In this document: positions 58,801-64,000 of the stretch, one piece after another
Layout of the letters: each line of letters opens with the position of its first letter
Position numbering within the stretch: the first letter of the stretch is position 1
Source: Macrostomum lignano
Taxonomy: Eukaryota
NCBI GenBank assembly: GCA_002269645.1
Contig: NIVC01001774.1
Span: forward strand, 62,001-126,000
Length of the DNA: 64,000 bases
Direction of reading: 5' to 3'
The notes under the pieces: model-generated
What the model was told of the DNA's origin: nothing
Seen by the model: only the letters and a program-made list of their open reading frames with translations
Database searches by the model: none
Translations under genes and position numbers: made by a program

Positions 58801-61800
58801 CCAACCAATATAATCGGCAGGAGAGCGATGTGCACGTGGCCACGGGGCTGTTAAAGCTGTTTCTCCGTGACCTGTCGGATCCGCCGCTGCCGCCCCGCCT
58901 GACAGAGAAGCTGGTGTTAGCCAATGAAAATCCTAGCCAATGCGCCGAGCATTTGCGTCAGTTAAAAAAACGCCGTCCAGTCAGTTACGCATTTTTGCGA
59001 GCCCTGATACTGCACACAGCTGTGCTGATTGGTTACAGCCAGCAGAACAAAATGAGCCTGGAGAATATGTCTCTCATTTTGGGACAGAGTCTGCGCCCGT
59101 CTGAGAATGCTGGCGAGGTCTGTTTGCACAGTGAAGTATTTCTTTCATTGATGCTAGATCTCACGTATTGATTGCTGTCCTCAGACAGTTTAGATTCCCA
59201 GCTGTTCTCCCAGATCCTCAAGTGTCCTCCCAGATCCTCAGGTGTTCTCCCAGATCCTCGGGTGTTCTCCCAGATTCCCAGGTGTTCTCCCAGATCCCCA
59301 GCTGTTCTCCCAGATCCTCAAGTGTCCTCCCAGATCCTCGGGTGTTCTCTCAGATCCTCGGGTGTTCTCCCAGATCCCCAGGTGTTCTCCCAGATCCCCA
59401 GCTGTTCTCCCAGATCCTCAAGTGTCCTCCCAGATCCTCGGGTGTTCGCCCAGATCCTCGGGTGTTCTCCCAGATCCCCAGGTGTTCTCCCAGATCCCCA
59501 GCTGTTCTCCCAGATCCTCAAGTGTCCTCCCAGATCCCCAGGTGTTCTCCCAGATCCCCAGGTGTTCGCCCAGATCTCCAGCTGTTCTTCCAGATCCTCA
59601 AGTGTCCTCCCAGATCCTCGGGTGTTCTCTCAGATCCTCGGGTGTTCGCCCAGATCCCCAGGTGTTCGCCCAGATCCCCAGCTGTTCGCCCAGATCCCCA
59701 GCTGTTCTTCCAGATCCTCAAGTGTCCTCCCAGATCCTCGGGTGTTCTCTCAGATCCTCGGGTGTTCGCCCAGATCCCCAGGTGTTCGCCCAGATCCCCA
59801 GGTGTTCTCCCAGATCCCCAGCTGTTCTCCCAGATCCCCAGGTGTTCTCCCAGATTCTCGGGTGTTCTCCCAGATCCTCAGGTGTTCTCCCAGATCCTGA
59901 AGTGTCGTCCCAGATCCCCAGGTGTTCCCCCAGATCCTCATGTGTTCTCCCAGATCCTCATGTGTTCTCCCAGATCCTCTGGTGTTCTCCCAGATCCTCG
60001 GGTGTTCTTCCAAAATCCTAAATCCTCAGGTGTTCACTCAGATCCCCAGGTGTTCTCCTAGATCCCCAGCTGTTCTCCCAGATCCCCAGGTGTTTCCCCA
60101 AATTCCCAGGTGTTCTCCCAGATCCCCAGATGTTTCCCCAGATCCCCAGGTGTTCTCCCAGATCCCCAGCTGTTCTCCCAGATCCTCAAGTGTCCTCCCA
60201 GATCCTCGGGTGTTCGCCCAGATCCTCGGGTGTTCTCCCAGATCCCCAGGTGTTCTCCCAGATCCCCTGCTGTTCTCCCAGATCCTCAAGTGTCCTCCTA
60301 GATCCCCAGCTGTTCTCCCAGATCCCCAGGTGTTTCCCCAAATTCCCAGGTGGTCTCACAGATCCCCAGGTATTTATCACCACCCTCGCAGTTCCTCTAT
60401 CCTCTCACCCTGCCTAGGGCAGCATCATCCAGTGCAGGCTCCATATCGTTGCCAATTTTGCTGGCCAAATTCCAGGTGATGCCAATCTCCAAGCTTGTCC
60501 AGTTGATGGTTCGAAACCGACAGCAGATTCTAAACATCACGGACGAGGAGGTGGATCACGAGAAGAGCATGTACCAGCAGGCTAAGCGTATTATCGATCA
60601 GCAGCAGCAGTCAACGCATCAGCAGCAGCCCCCAGTCGCCGTCGCCGATATTCTCATCCCCGTGTTCATCGGCGAAGAGACCGACCTGTCAGTGAACGTT
60701 CGCGTCGCGTCTAGTACGGATGCTCGCGACATTGTGCGGCTGGCCTGCGAAAAGCTTACTAGTCGCAACTTAAAGGTGAGCTGCCTGTTTCACGGAGCTT
60801 TTGCTATGAGCTACAGCTGACCATAGACAGCATTTGCTATGAGCTACAGCTGACCATAGACAGCATTTGCTATGAGCTACAGCTGACCATAGAGAGACAG
60901 CATTTGCTATGAGCTACAGCTGACCATAGAGAGACAGCATTTGCTATGAGCTACAGCTGACCATAGACAGCATTTGCTATGAGCTACAGCTGACCATAGA
61001 GAGACAGCATTTGCTATGAGCTACAGCTGACCATAGACAGCATTTGCTATGAGCTACAGCTGACCATAGACAGCATTTGCTATGAGCTACAGCTGACCAT
61101 AGAGAGACAGCATTTGCTATGAGCTACAGCTGACCATAGACAGCATTTGCTATGAGCTACAGCTGACCATAGACAGCATTTGCTATGAGCTACAGCTGAC
61201 CATAGACAGCATTTGCTATGAGCTACAGCTGACCATAGAGAGACAGCATTTGCTATGAGCTACAGCTGACCATAGACAGCATTTGCTATGAGCTACAGCT
61301 GACCATAGAGAGACAGCATTTGCTATGAGCTACAGCTGACCATAGACAGCATTTGCTATGAGCTACAGCTGACCATAGAGAGACAGCATTTGCTATGAGC
61401 TACAGCTGACCATAGACAGCATTTGCTATGAGCTACAGCTGACCATGGACAGCATTTGCTATGAGCTACAGCTGACCATAGACAGCATTTGCTATGAGCT
61501 ACAGCTGACCATAGACAGCATTTGCTATGAGCTACAGCTGACCATGGACAGCATTTGCTATGAGCTACAGCTGACCATAGACAGCATTTGCTATGAGCTA
61601 CAGCTGACCATAGACAGCATTTGCTATGAGCTACAGCTGACCATGGACAGCATTTGCTATGAGCTACAGCTGACTCTAAAAGCAGCTCATACCATGAGAT
61701 TCAGTTGATAAAAGCATAATACAAAAAACCTTAAAATCCGGTTTCCAGGCTGACTCTTGCTGCCTATTCGAAACCATGGAAACGCTGGCTTCCGGGAGCG

Positions 61801-63139
61801 ATCACGTCACCACCTCGGACCAATGTGAAACTGACACTATGGAATCGGATGTGGCAGACGAGCTGGCTCGGGTCAATCAGTGCACCCAAATGGAGCGATT
61901 GGTTGATCCCAGAGAATTGGTTAAGCCCATACTCAATCGGTGGCAGGTGAGGCGGCGTGAGGGGTTTTTAATATGCACTGCTAATAACGGATGTTTATTA
62001 TTGCGGTTGCATAGACAACCTTGGGAAGTAATAAGAACTTGAATTATTAGTTAATTAGATATAAGCAACTGTATGATAAGTTAGTTAGAGGTAAGCACCT
62101 GGATGATTAGTTAGTTAGAGATAAGCACCTGGATGATTAGTTAGTTAGAGATAAGCACCTGGATGATTGGTTAGTTAGAGGTAAGCACCTGGATGATTAG
62201 TTAGTTAGAGATAAGCACCTGGATGATTGGTTAGTTAGAGATAAGCACCTGGATGATTAGTTAGTTAGAGATAAGCACCTGGATGATTAGTTAGTTAGAG
62301 GTAAGCACCTGGATGATTATTTAGTTAGAGGTAAGCACCTGGATGATTGGTTAATTAGAGATAAGCACCTGGATGATTAGTTAGTTAGAGATAAGCACCT
62401 GGATGATTAGTTAATTAGAGATAAGCACCTGGGTGATTAGTTAATTAGCGATAAGCACCTGGATGATTAGTTAGTTAGAGATAAGCACCTGGATGGTTAG
62501 TTAATTAGAGATAAGCACCTGGATGATTAGTTAATTAGAGATAAGCACCTGGATGATTAGTTAATTAGAGATAAGCACCTGGATGATTAGTTAATTAGAG
62601 ATAAGCACCTGGATGATTAGTTAATTAGAGATAAGCACCTGGATGATTAGTTAATTAGAGATAAGTACTTGGATAATTATAAAATGATAAAATATCTAAG
62701 TGATGAATCAATTTTGCGGTAATAGGAAAGAAAACACGGCTAAAATCATAAATCAATCACTCACAATTTGCCAAATATGGCAGGCCTGGGCCTCCGAGTC
62801 CAGCGGAATGTCGTACTACGCCACTCGGATGCGCTTCCGATTGCGCGAGTACCCGGCCTCCGCCTGGCCAGTTTTCTACGGCCAGGATAACATACTGGTT
62901 GAGCGCAAATTCTATACCAATGTTCGGGCTGAGTACTGCGGACCCCGCACCCCTGCATCCAAGCTGGCCGGCTGTTTGGCCACTCTGGACGGGCACGAGC
63001 TCATTCTGATGCCGCCTAGTGGCCGGCTGGCCGCTCTGCCCGGCATACAGAAACTGCAGAGTCTCGGACAGGGACACATGCTGTCCCCTGTGCGCCTAGG
63101 GCTTGCCGATCACTACCTGTTCTATGGGGCCGATCTGAG
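52812..63139 (+). CDS. ARAP: ARAP-like ArfGAP/RhoGAP protein with PH and RA domains (3'-partial)
   Basis: Exons 52812-53395, 54747-55565, 56174-56780, 57233-57664, 58821-59117, 60476-60775, 61749-61946, 62784-63139; phases consistent; gene continues past the window. Pro-rich N-terminus, PH-like regions, ArfGAP C-x2-C-x16-C-x2-C-x4-R (CGDC...CDDCSGHHR), Rho[11 protein letters not shown] and [11 protein letters not shown]-like CLFE...ERL..W. Confidence 0.9.
53455..54150. repeat. 32/39-bp minisatellite (TCAGTAGACTGCGAACTGCCCTCCCAGATCTG)n, ARAP intron 1
   Basis: About 20 units, some with an extra GCGAACT. Confidence 0.97.
55598..56100. repeat. 28-bp minisatellite (CAGATCCTCAGTTGCTGGGCCAGCCTCC)n, ARAP intron 2
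   Basis: Fills most of the 608-nt intron that splits the ArfGAP domain. Confidence 0.95.
56830..57215. repeat. 23-bp minisatellite (CAGCCTGACAATTGTCCCCAAAT)n, ARAP intron 3
   Basis: About 16 units ending ~20 nt before the acceptor. Confidence 0.95.
57745..58640. repeat. ~33-bp G-rich minisatellite (GGATTAG/GGGATTAG-based), ARAP intron 4
   Basis: Unit drifts along the array from GGATTAGGATTGGATAAGAGCAATGCAGGGGGT to GGATTAGGGGTGGGATTAGAGTGATGCTGGGAGT. Confidence 0.93.
59190..60372. repeat. 20-bp minisatellite (CCCAGATCCTCGGGTGTTCT)n, ARAP intron 5
   Basis: About 58 units with variant types. Confidence 0.97.
60805..61675. repeat. 33/37-bp minisatellite (GCTATGAGCTACAGCTGACCATAGACAGCATTT)n, ARAP intron 6
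   Basis: About 25 units. Confidence 0.97.
62075..62670. repeat. 30-bp minisatellite (GATAAGCACCTGGATGATTAGTTAGTTAGA)n, ARAP intron 7
   Basis: About 20 units. Confidence 0.97.
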
Positions 63140-63184
63140 GTGTGCGAGTTATTCACTTGACACATCATTTCAACTTATTCATTG

Positions 63185-64000
63185 TCTCAGATCCTCACTT
63201 CTCACAGATCCCCCTGCACTGCCTCAGATCCTCACTTCTCACAGACCCCCCTGCATTGTCTCAGATCCTCACTTCTCCCAGACCCCCCTGCACTGCCTCA
63301 GATCCCCACTTCTTCCAGATCCCCCTGCAATGTCTCAGATCCTCACTTCTCCCAGATCCCCCTGCATTGTCTCAGATCCTCACTTCTCCCAGATCCCCCT
63401 GCATTGTCTCAGATCCTCACTTCTTCCAGATCCCCCTGCATTGTCTCAGATCCTCACTTCTCCCAGGTCCCCCTGCATTGTCTCAGATCCCCCTGCACTG
63501 TCTCAGATCCTCACTTCTCCCAGATGCCCCTGCATTGTCTCAGATCCCCCTGCACTGTCTCAGATCCTCACTTCTTCCAGATCCCCCTGCATTGTCTCAG
63601 ATCCCCACTTCTTCCAGATCCCCCTGCACTGTCTCAGATCCTCACTTCTCCCAGATCCCCCTGCATTGTCTCAGATCCCCCTGCACTGTCTCAGATCCTC
63701 ACTTCTCCCAGATCCCCCTGCATTGTCTCAGATCCTCACTTCTCCCAGATCCCCCTGCACTGTCTCAGATCCTCACTTCTCCCAGATCCCCCTGCATTGT
63801 CTCAGATCCCCACTTCTTCCAGATCCCCCTGCAATGTCTCAGATCCTCACTTCTCCCAGATCCCCCTGCATTGTCTCAGATCCTCACTTCTCCCAGATCC
63901 CCCTGCACTGCCTCAGATCCTCACTTCTCCCAGATCCCCCTGCACTGCCTCAGATCCTCACTTCTCCCAGATCCCCCTGCACTGCCTCAGATCCTCACTT
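63185..64000. repeat. 37-bp minisatellite (TCAGATCCTCACTTCTCCCAGATCCCCCTGCATTGTC)n, ARAP intron 8
   Basis: Runs to the window end. Confidence 0.97.

Noticed and set aside
59168-60479. Multiple repetitive ORFs (PDPQVFSQI...)
   Set aside because: Translations of the 20-bp intronic array
21045-61675. Branch-point-like YTRAY motifs in several repeat units
   Set aside because: About a quarter of units would contain this motif by chance; no visible enrichment
1-64000. CRISPR arrays, rRNA, tRNA or SL RNA genes
   Set aside because: Repeats are head-to-tail without unique spacers; no cloverleaf or rRNA/SL sequence recognised (the tRNA-like boxes belong to SINEs)
6630-64000. General rule that arrays are G-rich on the sense strand
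   Set aside because: True for several COG1, PDE8 and peptide-gene arrays but contradicted by the C-rich sense-strand arrays in ARAP

Overview
Eukaryotic (animal) genomic DNA with GC-rich, multi-exon genes. Almost every intron holds its own minisatellite. This pattern fits a free-living flatworm such as Macrostomum, but that is inference and cannot be verified from the sequence. From left to right: an apparently intact LOA-like non-LTR retrotransposon (ORF1 cut by the window edge; ORF2 APE-RT-RNaseH-CCHC) sits antisense against the 3' end of a 7-exon COG1 gene (minus strand). An AT-rich interval follows, with MITEs and a candidate solo LTR. Next come a 15-exon PDE8-type phosphodiesterase (about 829 aa), an unannotated-looking 3-exon secreted 12-Cys peptide gene ending in RFG, a TE-rich intergenic region with a hAT MITE, and an ARAP-like PH/ArfGAP/RhoGAP/RA gene that runs off the right edge. 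Most long repetitive ORFs in the ORF track are minisatellite artefacts. The most unusual signals are: (1) the retroelement apparently supplying COG1's stop codon; (2) CpG-depleted blocks (the 49.7-52.3 kb one also TpA-rich) directly upstream of COG1 and the ARAP-like gene, each interrupted by a CpG-retaining MITE; (3) the cysteine-rich peptide gene; (4) hints that the intronic minisatellites are transposon-borne or dispersed. All exon models were built by eye from splice signals and protein motifs; no database search was run.
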